From positions 683,696 to 747,695 of the forward strand of contig CP064960.1 in the NCBI GenBank assembly GCA_016699105.1: a stretch of 64,000 bases of DNA. Reading direction: 5' to 3'. The notes under the pieces are model-generated. The model did no database searches. It was given only the letters and a program-made list of their open reading frames with translations, and had not been told where the DNA came from. The DNA comes from a bacterium. Lineage in GTDB: Bacteria > Patescibacteriota > Saccharimonadia > UBA4664. This document shows positions 18,094 through 27,524 of this stretch, piece after piece (the stretch's first letter is position 1; each line of letters begins with the position of its first letter). A program made the position numbers and the translations under genes.

Positions 18094-19179
18094 GACAATT
18101 TGCCTCCAGTATAGCGGCAGTTTGTGCTATTCGGCTATCCCAATCGTATTGATTGAGCGCGAGGCTGCGGCCAGTTCGACCGAGCTTTCGGGCGAGACTT
18201 GGGTCTTGGATAAGCCGGCGAATGGTCTTAGCTAAGGCATCGGCATCACCCGGGGCGACGAGTAAGCCATTGGTGCCATCTTGCAATAAAGTGGGGATGC
18301 CGCCGACATTACTGCCGATAACGGGCCGGCCACAGGACATCGCCTCCAATAATGTCATGCCAAAACTCTCGGCATTTGTCGTCGATGGCAAAATAACGGC
18401 GTCAGCTGATTGGTAAGCTTGGACTAAATCTTGTCCAGTGAGCGGTCCGTGATAGGTGACATTTGGGGTCATGACGTTTAGCGCATGCCCGATTACGTGG
18501 AGGTGACAATCCGGAAGTTGAGCCATTGATTGAAGTAAGACACCCAAGCCTTTACGCGGATCGCGAGCATCGCCCACAAATACCAATTTAAATGGCGTTT
18601 GGGATTGATGATTGAGGGCAGGTTTAAATCGCTCGCTATCAACTCCGGGTGTTACTACAGATGTTTTATGTGACCAGGCACTTAAGAAACTTTGTTTTAC
18701 AAACTCAGATGACGCCACAATGTGTTGGGCACGGCGCAGCAACAGTGGCAACAATAGGTGTTCGAACAGCCAAATTGGCACGTCGGCTGCCAATCGGCCT
18801 TTGCGCATACTGCCAGCATGATACGTCAGCACGATGGGGGTGCGACCGGCTGCCCACCATCCCGCTAATGCCATGCTGGGTACTGGGGCGTGAAGGTTGA
18901 TGATGTCGGGCTTGATTTCACTGATGATGCGTTTGATGTCACGGCGCCAATGCAGCCCGACTGGAGTATTAAAAAAGTGAAGCTGGTTTTGAGGCGCTGA
19001 ATATTCAGACCTTGATGCGTGATTATCTCGGACTGCGTGCCAGACGTTATGATATGGACGTGCCAACCCCGACGGCTTAATCCTTGGGCAATCGTTTGAG
19101 CATACTGCTCTAATCCGCCAATGGCTGGCCAAAAATAAGGTGTAATGAGTAATAATGTGCGCTGACGAGAAGTTTTCAT
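18086..19179 (-). CDS. Glycosyltransferase family 4, interrupted by a 1-nt frameshift at a T6/A6 run (~18972)
   Basis: N-terminal piece (frame of ORF 18865..19278, from MKTSRQRTLLLITPYFWPAIGGLEQYAQT...) and the main piece 18086..19132 (LPSTTNAESFGMTLLEAMSCGRPVIGS) are in different frames. The first piece starts right after the upstream gene stop. Confidence 0.7.
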
Positions 19180-20320
19180 GACGGTTGATACTCGGCTAAC
19201 AGTTTTTGAGCTGGTACTGACCAATCGTAGGTTTTGGCGATGTTTTGCGATCGGTGATTGTGAGGGTGTTCGAGCCAATACGAAATGGCCTCAGCTAAGG
19301 CCTGAGGTGTCGCCGAACAGACCGTGCCATTGGCGGCGGTGATGAGATGGCGAGCGGCATTTTCGGGAGCGTCGATAGTGACGACCGGCAAACCCGCCGC
19401 ATTGGCTTCTAATACGGTAATACCAAAACCTTCACGGCTCGAAGGAGTTGCAAATACTGTGGCGGCTTTCATGATAGCGAATTTGGTATCATCATCGACG
19501 CCAGACAAAAGAGTGACGCAACTAGTAAGGTTTCGATCACGGATAAGCTGTTTGATGTCGGCAGCCTGCGGTCCGTCGCCCATTATTTTAACCTGTAAGT
19601 GGGGGTACTTTGCTTGCAGAATTGATACTGCCTCAATTAACATAGGCACATTTTTGTGAGCGATTAAGCGGCCAACAAACACAACGTCACTTTTCTCGGT
19701 GGCAGCAGTCACGTTGGCAATGGCCTCGTAATCAATACCATTGGCTGCTACGGTGAGTGGACCATGATAGTGCAGTTGATGACGTAGCGCCGAGGCAGTT
19801 TGATCAGAAACGGCGATAATGTGACTGGGCAGATGCACACTTAATCTTTCGAGCAATGTAGCGATAGTTGACAAAGGCCATGGCAAATAGTCCTGCCACA
19901 AGGCTTGGCCCCAGACTTCGTGCCAAACGCCAAATAGTGGACGGCGGCGGATGCTGGCAACAATGCGCGTAAAAACAAGGGAATAATCGGCATGTGATCG
20001 ACTTCGAGGACATCAAACTTCACGGTCAGCAATCGTAACGTTGTCACTGCAAAAACTATGCCTTGCCAGATAGACCGGCGTCCCGACTTGGTATAGAGGG
20101 CAATTTTTGGACAGATGGCATGTAACGTGACGCCGTCTTGTTGGAGCGTGTTAGTACCACTCCACCATTTCATCGTATAGATGTGTACATCCAAATTACT
20201 CTTAGCCAATTGTTGGCTTAAGGCATGTATGCGTAATTCTTTGCCGCCGCGGGTAAAGGGGTAAATGGCATCTGAGACAATGGCGAGGCGGCGGTGTTGA
20301 CCGGCGGCGCCATGAGTCAT
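19176..20320 (-). CDS. Glycosyltransferase family 4, interrupted by a 1-nt frameshift at a T5 run (~19930)
   Basis: N-terminal piece 19841..20320 (RRLAIVSDAIYPFTRGGKELRIHAL...) and C-terminal piece 19176..19901 (ATPSSREGFGITVLEANAAGLPVVT) overlap in different frames. In the corrected frame the join reads ...RRPLFGVWHEVWGQALWQDY. Confidence 0.7.
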
Positions 20321-21171
20321 GGCCTGGCTCCGGACTTTCTGGAGTGATGGGTTCGTGTATCGAGCGATTCATAGAAGTTGGTGGCGCGACGGTTGCCAGA
20401 CCGGTTCCACCGTTGATGTCCAGCGACTGATGTCGCGCCTGCCGCGCCAGCGTGAACTGCAGTGCTAGTTTCGGGCAGCCATTTGAGATTGGATAGATAC
20501 ATAGCCAAAATTCTCGAACCATCACCAATAGGTGAAAGGCTAGATTCACCTAGGCGGGAGTGGTAACTGATCGGGACCGAATATATTGCTTGGCCTAGTC
20601 GAGCCATCTTGGTGATCATTTCCATTTCAATGGCAAAGCCTTCTGATTCGAGATGTGGTCGCAATTGCATGACAGCCGCTCGGCTCCAGGCAAAATAGCC
20701 AGTGAGCACATCGGTAACGTTCACTTGATAGGCATACCGCACCAAGTGAGAGAACATCCAATTACCTAAGCGGTTGAATGGGCGCATCGAGCCATCAGAA
20801 ATATGGCCGGCTAAGCGAGAACCAATAACAACATTGCAAAAACCAGAGTCAATTGGCTCGATTAACCGCATGATTTCTTCGGGGCGGTAGGTGTCATCAC
20901 CGTCAAGCATGACCACGTAGTCGGTGGCCGATGAAATTGCATCAAAACCAGCCCGAATGGCGTGACCTTTACCTTGGCGCAGTTCAGTGATGACGCGAGC
21001 GCCAGCTGCAGCAGCTAAGGTAGCAGTGTTGTCTTTGGAATTGTTGTCGACTACCAGGATCTCGAGTTCAAGTCCGTAGCGGAGGAGTTTTTCGCGAGGA
21101 AAGGCAGCGATAACGGCACCGATACTCTCGGCTTCGTTGTAACAGGGAATTATAACAGTGATGTGCTTCAT
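20317..21171 (-). CDS. GT2 glycosyltransferase, dolichol/polyprenyl-phosphate sugar synthase-like (DPM1/GtrB-like)
   Basis: VIIPCYNEAESI, VVDNNSKDNT and MLDGDDTYRPEE form the GT2 DXD-type core. The last ~50 residues are Arg/His-rich and implausible, so the 3' end may be affected by a frameshift. Confidence 0.75.
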   Translation of the reverse strand: MKHITVIIPCYNEAESIGAVIAAFPREKLLRYGLELEILVVDNNSKDNTATLAAAAGARVITELRQGKGHAIRAGFDAISSATDYVVMLDGDDTYRPEEIMRLIEPIDSGFCNVVIGSRLAGHISDGSMRPFNRLGNWMFSHLVRYAYQVNVTDVLTGYFAWSRAAVMQLRPHLESEGFAIEMEMITKMARLGQAIYSVPISYHSRLGESSLSPIGDGSRILAMYLSNLKWLPETSTAVHAGAAGATSVAGHQRWNRSGNRRATNFYESLDTRTHHSRKSGARP

Positions 21172-21643
21172 GATTTGGTCTCTCGAAATGAATTTGTTGA
21201 TTCTGATCGGGTAAGGTAATAGTGATAACAGCAGTTTGATTTGGCAGTGGTAGGCTAATGTCTACCGACTGATTACTGGAAGCGCCATCGGCTAAGGTGA
21301 TAGTCCGATTGGCGAGTTGGGTGACAACGCCATCCTGAGTACTGGTGATATTGATGCGGTAGGATGTAGTTTTGGCAGTGTGATTTACTACCATAAAGTT
21401 GACAGTCTCAGGGACTTCAGCCTCGATTTGTTTTGGCAAAAGTTTGGGGGTTGCAAAATACAATTCGGTATATTGCTCGGGTTGAGCGGCAATTATGGCT
21501 GAACCGGATCGGGGCAAGGTGGCGATGAGACTGATCTCAGCCAATAACCCCGCCACAATAATTGTCCGTAATACCCACAAGGGTTTGATGTTTGAACGTT
21601 TATTCCAAACGCTTCTAAACCAATTTAGCACAAGTATGATCAT
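21068..21643 (-). CDS. Membrane-anchored hypothetical protein (one N-terminal TM, extracytoplasmic domain)
   Basis: TM helix TIIVAGLLAEISLIATL followed by a Thr/Asn-rich soluble domain. The last ~35 residues overlap the GT2 start and look like out-of-frame read-through. Confidence 0.45.
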   Translation of the reverse strand: MIILVLNWFRSVWNKRSNIKPLWVLRTIIVAGLLAEISLIATLPRSGSAIIAAQPEQYTELYFATPKLLPKQIEAEVPETVNFMVVNHTAKTTSYRINITSTQDGVVTQLANRTITLADGASSNQSVDISLPLPNQTAVITITLPDQNQQIHFERPNHEAHHCYNSLLQRSREYRCRYRCLSSRKTPPLRT

Positions 21644-21784
21644 ACGGACACGTGAACCTTTGCTTAACTTGTATCCACCTCAACTCCAGCGGATTATTGA
21701 ATAATACCACATACAGGACAAAAATGCAAGCATCTTAACATTACTATTATTAGACTGTTCCCTATTTGTCCGAGTGACGCTAGA

Positions 21785-22846
21785 ATGGGGTACATGAGTT
21801 CTGCGTCCGCCCAGCTTAATATCTTTCGTTTCTCGATTGGAGCCGTGATCTTGGCGCTGATTCTTGGTTGGTGGGTGGGTGGACCTCAACAGGCACTCGT
21901 GGTTGCCATACTTGCTATTCTAGAGATTTCTTTGTCATTTGAAAATGCTGTAATTAATGCCAGTATATTGAGAAAAATGAGCGATTTTTGGCAAGAGATG
22001 TTTTTGACCGTTGGATTATTGATAGCAGTAGTCGGGATGCGGTTATTGTTTCCGGTCGTAATTGTGATGGTTACGTCGGGGTTAGCTCTCGGTTCAGTCG
22101 TAGATCTTGTGCTAAATCATCCTGAAGAATACGCTCAGCAATTAGAAGCTGCGCATTTATCGATTGCAGCATTTGGTGGCATGTTTCTCTTCATGATATT
22201 TATCGACTTTCTACTTGACGCCACCAAGAAAGTACATTGGATTGAGACTATTGAAAAGCCACTGGCTCGGGCTGGTTCACTCAAGCTCTTACCGACACTG
22301 GTAGGATTAGTGGTACTTGTAGGTCTTGCTTATGGTTTATCGGAACATGATACGGCCGTGGTGTTGGAATCAGGCTTGATCGGACTCATAACCTATCTGG
22401 TGGTGCGGGGAGCTAGTCGTTTATTTGAGCAATTGGGTGGGGTTGGTCAGTTGGCTCAAACGGGTAAAGCGGCAGTCAAGCTGACTGGTCGGGCTGCGTT
22501 TGCGAGCTTTGTCTATTTGGAAGTCATTGACGCATCGTTTTCTTTTGATGGCGTCGTGGGCGCGTTTGCCCTGACCAATAACGTCATCGTGATTGCGCTA
22601 GGCTTGGGTGTTGGCGCAATGTTTATACGGGAATTAACGGTGTGGCTCGTTCGACACAATACTTTGACTCAACTGAAATATCTCGAACATGGTGCCTATT
22701 ACGCCGTAGGTTCACTTGCGGTACTCTTATGGGCTGGTTTGTATGTCGAACTACCAGAAGCTGTCACCGGACTTGCTGGAGCGGTGATTATCGTGGCAAG
22801 CATTATTGAATCAATTCAAGAACGACGAGCACTCAAAGCGCACTAA
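21785..22846 (+). CDS. DUF475-family integral membrane protein
   Basis: 353 aa with about 8 TM helices. LEISLSFENAV and VIDASFSFDGVVGAFA resemble the two conserved DUF475 motifs. Confidence 0.55.
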   Translation: MGYMSSASAQLNIFRFSIGAVILALILGWWVGGPQQALVVAILAILEISLSFENAVINASILRKMSDFWQEMFLTVGLLIAVVGMRLLFPVVIVMVTSGLALGSVVDLVLNHPEEYAQQLEAAHLSIAAFGGMFLFMIFIDFLLDATKKVHWIETIEKPLARAGSLKLLPTLVGLVVLVGLAYGLSEHDTAVVLESGLIGLITYLVVRGASRLFEQLGGVGQLAQTGKAAVKLTGRAAFASFVYLEVIDASFSFDGVVGAFALTNNVIVIALGLGVGAMFIRELTVWLVRHNTLTQLKYLEHGAYYAVGSLAVLLWAGLYVELPEAVTGLAGAVIIVASIIESIQERRALKAH

Positions 22847-23223
22847 GCTAATAGCTCGTCGACTACCTCAACTAGCTTACTGGGTACAATGTCGGCTTTG
22901 ACGATATAGCCATCGGCTTGAGCAGCTAATGCTTCTTGGCTGGTTTTGTCTTGAGCTAAATTAGTAAGGATGACGATCTTGACATCGCTATGACCAGTGC
23001 CGTCGGGGCCACGGAGTTCTTTGAGCACCTCGATGCCAGATTTATTGGGCATCATAATATCGAGCAAAATGAGATCATAGGTTTTGGCCAAAGCTTTCGC
23101 TAGTCCCGATGTGCCGTCAGTGGCGTATTCGACTTTATAGCCACCCGTTGTCAGGAGTCGGGCATACATTTCCGCTATCGGTTTGTCGTCTTCAATGAAT
23201 AGAATGTTTTTTGATCCAGCCAT
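22843..23223 (-). CDS. Response regulator, receiver domain only (CheY-like)
   Basis: 126 aa. ILFIEDD, DLILLDIMMP and ILTNLAQ...GYIVKA. No output domain. Confidence 0.85.
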   Translation of the reverse strand: MAGSKNILFIEDDKPIAEMYARLLTTGGYKVEYATDGTSGLAKALAKTYDLILLDIMMPNKSGIEVLKELRGPDGTGHSDVKIVILTNLAQDKTSQEALAAQADGYIVKADIVPSKLVEVVDELLA

Positions 23224-24730
23224 GGGCTCCTCGGGTTGTAATATTGGTCTTTAGGTTATTATTACTGGCTCGGTTGTTGGTGGCAACTGCCGGCAGTCTA
23301 AATGTAAACGTACTCCCCTCTCCAAGATGAGATTCTGCCCAGATGGTGCCACCATGAGCTTCGACAATCGCTCGACTAATATATAAGCCCAGTCCCGTGC
23401 CTCGAGTACGGCTTTGCATCTCATTTACTCGGAAAAACTTCGTAAATAATCGTGATATGGCATTCTCTGGTATGCCTTCGCCATTATCTTCTATCGCTGT
23501 CTCGACATAGCCAGAGTATGGTGTCACCGTAATAGTAACGCGTCCCGTTTTAGTTGGCGTGTGCTTGAGAGCATTGTCAACTAAATTGGTTAATACTTCT
23601 CTGATTGATACCTGATCGAGTGCCACGAGCGGCAACGGTTCATTTATCTGAACGGACAAACGCCGTTGACTATTGAGTGCGCGTTTCGTTAAGGTTTCGG
23701 CAGTCTTGGTGATGAAAGTTCCGTAGTCGCCAGGAACTGGGTTGCAGCTGAGTTCGCCATGTTCGATCCGTGCGACACCGAGGAGGTTATGAAGAAGGCT
23801 CGACAGCTCATCAGCACTGGTGATAGCTTGATCAAGAAAGTGTCGGTTTGATGTCGTGAGCTTGGTAGCTTCATGAGCTAGAATATCAAGCGATGCTTTG
23901 ATCTCGGTGATAGGAGTACGCAATTCGTGGGCAGCTAAGGCGACAAAATCTACCTGCATTTCTTCGAGCATATGACTAGCAGTCAAATCATGAAACGTGA
24001 TGAGGGCGGCGATGCCGTTGGGATCTTCATGTAAAGATACTGCTTGTACATTGACATACAAACTATGCCCGTCGGCATGATAAAGCTCGAGTCCTTTCCA
24101 AGTGCCTACCTGATGATCGTGGTCGGCATGGTCGGCCAACCAGCGGGTCATGATGAGTTCACCATTACGGCGAAATGGCAATACTTTTTCGGCGAGTTGA
24201 CCGGCAACAGCCGCTAAATTGCGACCAGTAATGTCTTCAGCGGCACGGTTAAACAGGATAATGCGTCCAGTTCGGTCTAGCGCAAAAACACCGTCGGTCA
24301 TGGCTCCGAGCACGCTTCGAAGCTTGCTTCGCTCCGCCGTAATGAGTGCCGTTTCGCTTAAGGCTTGGGAACGGGTACTTTCTAGATCACCGGATACTTG
24401 AGTTAGTGCAGAGGTAATGTCGCCGATTTCGGTCGAGTCATGGCCGGATCGATACTGATGTGACACTGGTTGTCCTGATGACAATGATTTAGCTAAAAGA
24501 TGCAGTCGACTGATTGAACCGGCCAAATAAGGCTTGAGTAGATGGCCAACTGCCAAGGATGGAACGAAAGCAATGATGGCCGCGACAATCATGAAAACGC
24601 GTGGAGAGATTGTTAACATAGTGCCGTCAGTAATGAACCAATACCAACTAGCACTCAAAATTACGGTAGGCATAAGTGAACCGATGAGGAGTAAAGCCCA
24701 TAGCCGGTCACTAAAGCGTGGGGGGATCAT
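23192..24730 (-). CDS. Sensor histidine kinase (2 TM, PAS, HisKA, HATPase_c)
   Basis: H-box FVALAAHELRTPITEIKASL. PAS-like LDRTGRIILFNRAAEDITGR. G-boxes DNGEGIPE and GTGLGLYISR. Confidence 0.85.
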   Translation of the reverse strand: MIPPRFSDRLWALLLIGSLMPTVILSASWYWFITDGTMLTISPRVFMIVAAIIAFVPSLAVGHLLKPYLAGSISRLHLLAKSLSSGQPVSHQYRSGHDSTEIGDITSALTQVSGDLESTRSQALSETALITAERSKLRSVLGAMTDGVFALDRTGRIILFNRAAEDITGRNLAAVAGQLAEKVLPFRRNGELIMTRWLADHADHDHQVGTWKGLELYHADGHSLYVNVQAVSLHEDPNGIAALITFHDLTASHMLEEMQVDFVALAAHELRTPITEIKASLDILAHEATKLTTSNRHFLDQAITSADELSSLLHNLLGVARIEHGELSCNPVPGDYGTFITKTAETLTKRALNSQRRLSVQINEPLPLVALDQVSIREVLTNLVDNALKHTPTKTGRVTITVTPYSGYVETAIEDNGEGIPENAISRLFTKFFRVNEMQSRTRGTGLGLYISRAIVEAHGGTIWAESHLGEGSTFTFRLPAVATNNRASNNNLKTNITTRGAHGWIKKHSIH

Positions 24731-24827
24731 ATGTATAATTGTAATGCTTATGCGGACGAGTGCCTAGGCGTCGATAATTAATGCTACAATCAAGAGGTTA
24801 ATAATTTCTAAATACCGTGAAGGATGT

Positions 24828-25322
24828 TTGATGGTTAATAAGGTTTTAGTGATTGTGGCCGCCACGGCCGTCATAGTATTAATTGTAGGGAGCGCTATGG
24901 TACTCAAAGGTCAACCAACTGATACAAATTCTGATGCGGGACAAACCCAATCAGCTAACACCGAATCGTCACCCAGTCCGCAGATGACAACGGCACCATC
25001 AGGTAAGCTTGAAAGCACCGATATTTCAGTCGGTACGGGCGACGAAGCAGTAGCTGGCAAAACCGTATCAGTTCATTACACCGGAACGTTGACTGATGGT
25101 ACCAAATTTGATTCATCGCTTGATCGTGGTCAACCATTTGAATTTGTGCTCGGTACCGGTCAAGTCATCAAAGGCTGGGACGATGGAGTTGCGGGTATGA
25201 AAGTTGGTGGTAAGCGCAAACTAGTCATTCCACCAGATCTGGCTTATGGCGATCGGGCTCAAGGTAGCATTCCTGCTAATTCGACACTCGTATTTGAAGT
25301 CGAACTACTCGGCGTTAAATAA
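24828..25322 (+). CDS. FKBP-type peptidyl-prolyl cis-trans isomerase, membrane-anchored
   Basis: N-terminal TM, then the FKBP core [59 protein letters not shown]. The likely start is ATG at 24831, preceded by GAAGGA. Confidence 0.85.
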   Translation: MMVNKVLVIVAATAVIVLIVGSAMVLKGQPTDTNSDAGQTQSANTESSPSPQMTTAPSGKLESTDISVGTGDEAVAGKTVSVHYTGTLTDGTKFDSSLDRGQPFEFVLGTGQVIKGWDDGVAGMKVGGKRKLVIPPDLAYGDRAQGSIPANSTLVFEVELLGVK

Positions 25323-25326
25323 GCGC

Positions 25327-25896
25327 TTATTGATCTTGGCGATGGTCGTTGCAGTAGGTTGGTGACTTCGTTGAAGCGCAGAGAGCGTAACCGACCATCA
25401 AGTTGACGTCAACTTCCGTTGGCTGCAATAAGCCTACTGGTCCAGATACGGGACGTAGTTCGACAGTGGTTACGCCACGACTAAGGGAGTCGATGACGGT
25501 AAAACTGCCTCGCGAGAGATCAATGACGCGTCCAGTCCAAGCTTCGGGGCCATAATCGTTGACCCGGCAAATGACAGTGCGGCCGTTGCTGAGATTGGTG
25601 ACGTGGATATAACTGCCCCGCGGATAGGTGCGGGAAGCGCAGGTTAGGGCGTCAGGCTGTGGTAGTCCGAGTGCATACCATGACGCCCGGCCGGTATTGG
25701 CGGCTGGTCCTTCCGCTTTGGGCCCGCTGGCAGTCAGAGTGACCGGCCGCGGTGTGGGAGTAGCCGGTGCGCTGATCGAGATACCGCCAGCGCCCGAACT
25801 ATGAACCGATAAGCCAACGGTTGGTTTATTTAACGTAATAGCATAAGCCAATGATCCTACCGATATGGTCGAAAGACCGAGCAGAAATGTGCGCAA
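25327..25896 (-). CDS. RlpA-like double-psi beta-barrel protein (lytic transglycosylase-like)
   Basis: ASWYALG...TCASRTYPRGSYIHVTNLSNGRTVICRVNDYGP...GRVIDLSRGSF matches the RlpA/DPBB_1 pattern. N-terminal signal anchor. Confidence 0.75.
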   Translation of the reverse strand: MRTFLLGLSTISVGSLAYAITLNKPTVGLSVHSSGAGGISISAPATPTPRPVTLTASGPKAEGPAANTGRASWYALGLPQPDALTCASRTYPRGSYIHVTNLSNGRTVICRVNDYGPEAWTGRVIDLSRGSFTVIDSLSRGVTTVELRPVSGPVGLLQPTEVDVNLMVGYALCASTKSPTYCNDHRQDQ

Positions 25897-26019
25897 GACG
25901 CTGCGACGATGCTGTTTTTGAGCAAAGGCTTGCCAGCGAGCACTTTTTGAGGTGACGGTGGGTAGTCTTGAGGAGTCGGCGATGGCTGGGCATTTTGGTC
26001 ACAATCCCCGTTTTTAGTG

Positions 26020-27155
26020 TTAATACGTGACGGTTTTAGTAGTTGGCACGATGCTGTACCAAGTATTTCCGACGGCAAGTGCTATTTCTTGGCCAGCGCC
26101 GTCAAGTAACTTGGTGCGATTGGTCCGGCTATCCTTGGACCAGGTGCCTTTGACGACGGTGCCATCTCGGAAGACCAGTGCGTTACCTGTGCCCAGAGTA
26201 TCGAGTTTGACATGACCATAACCATCATTGAGATTGGTGGTACCGGTATATAGCACAACTACGTTTTTAACCTTGATGATTTGTCCGGAATTGCGGTCGG
26301 TGTGTGCCTTGCCGGCTAAATACCGGTTATAGCTGTTGGTGGCGCCGTCATACTTATAGTCAACGGCATAACCGGCTGACGAGTATTCGATGTGTATATT
26401 GGTATGCGCAGGGCTGGAATTGGGAGCGTCAGCTTTGCGCGCGTTGACGGTAAACGTCGGAGTGGCTGCCCAACCTTTACTGGCGAGCAGTTTGTCGAGC
26501 AAGCTGGAATTGGTATACAGGTTATGAGGAGCAATGCGGTCTTTGGTGCGATAAAACGATGGTGCCCCAATGACTAAGGCATTGAGTGCCTTGAGGCCAG
26601 TCGGTCCAATCAGGTTGAGGGCGTCGGCCGAACCACCGGCGTGAGCTACGGGGGCGCCAAATTCGAGCGCCCAGTCGATGTAATATGGTCGCAAAGACCT
26701 GACTGGTCCGATAGCTGACGCACTGACATCCTGGAAATAAGCCTGGAACCTTGTGATGCCACCTTCCGCTAGTGCCTCGTAGACGACTCCGGCACTGGAG
26801 AGTCCAGATTGGGGACGGGCATCGGGATGGTTTTCTACCATCACGGCTATGATGGGTCGCTTAGCTAGATCGGCAGACACGGCTGCGCCAGTTAATCGAG
26901 AGATGTTGGTAGAGGTGTGGGGCTGGGAGAGGAAGTCGGTGACGGTGATGGTGTGGTTGGCACACCCGATAGATTAGCGCTTTTGTTCGAGCCACTGGGC
27001 TTGGTGAGTGTCCACCAGGTCCAAGTGCCTGCTAGCGCTAGGACTAATATTCCGAGACCGACCCATAGCCAGACATTTTGACGCTGGACAAATGCCATTA
27101 TTTTGGCGAACGGTGTTTGGGGCTGCAATTCGGGTAATGGTGGTAGTTCGGACAT
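26020..27155 (-). CDS. DUF3048-family (YerB-like) envelope protein with N-terminal membrane anchor and Pro/Ser/Thr linker; likely one gene split by a frameshift near 26885
   Basis: ORF 26020..26880 begins PIIAVMVENHPDARPQSGLSSAGVVYEALAEGGITRF (DUF3048 N-terminal motif). ORF 26892..27155, in a different frame, encodes a TM helix plus TTPSPSPTSSPSPTPLPT linker and ends 12 nt upstream. Confidence 0.55.
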
Positions 27156-27208
27156 GGCACCTATTATACTCCTAAACCCTTATGCTTTGAAGCTTGTCGC
27201 CACAGATA

Positions 27209-27227
27209 AAGCCCCGTTGCCGGGGCT
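27209..27227 (-). terminator. Possible intrinsic terminator hairpin after the 67-aa gene
   Basis: AGCCCCG ttgc CGGGGCT stem-loop. On the minus strand it is followed by TTTATCTG, a modest U-tract. Confidence 0.35.
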
Positions 27228-27260
27228 GTATCATTTCGGAAGTGGATTGAAAAACTGGCG

Positions 27261-27464
27261 TTATTCGACTTTGCCGTCGAAGGCATCCCAGTCGGCCTGA
27301 CCAACGAATTTGGTCAAGTTGCGGCCTTCAAACTTGCCACGGAGGGCGTAACGGACCTGGACTTTACCTTCTTTGGTAGTCCGCTCGTACTTGGTCTTGG
27401 TGATGTTGGCCTCTTCAACCTCAACGGATTGACGGGTTTTGACATCGTAAAACTTGACGCTCAT
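27261..27464 (-). CDS. Small basic hypothetical protein (67 aa)
   Basis: Lys/Arg-rich, no TM. MSVKFYDVKTRQSVEVEE...GKVQVRYALRGKF. Family unknown. Confidence 0.45.
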   Translation of the reverse strand: MSVKFYDVKTRQSVEVEEANITKTKYERTTKEGKVQVRYALRGKFEGRNLTKFVGQADWDAFDGKVE

Positions 27465-27524
27465 GGAATCTGGTTCCTCACTCGTTTAACGTGACCCTAC
27501 TATAGGCGAGCCGAGCCGAACTTG

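Noticed and set aside
18086-20320. Interpreting the two split GT4 genes, and other split genes, as programmed frameshifts or phase-variable contingency loci
   Set aside because: The indels are at homopolymers, but the same pattern hits essential housekeeping genes (gltX, ppsA). A sequencing artefact is the simpler explanation.
20202-20549. 115-aa ORF overlapping the GT4 / GT2 junction
   Set aside because: It is an alternative frame. It has no motifs and is explained by the frameshift noise in this area.
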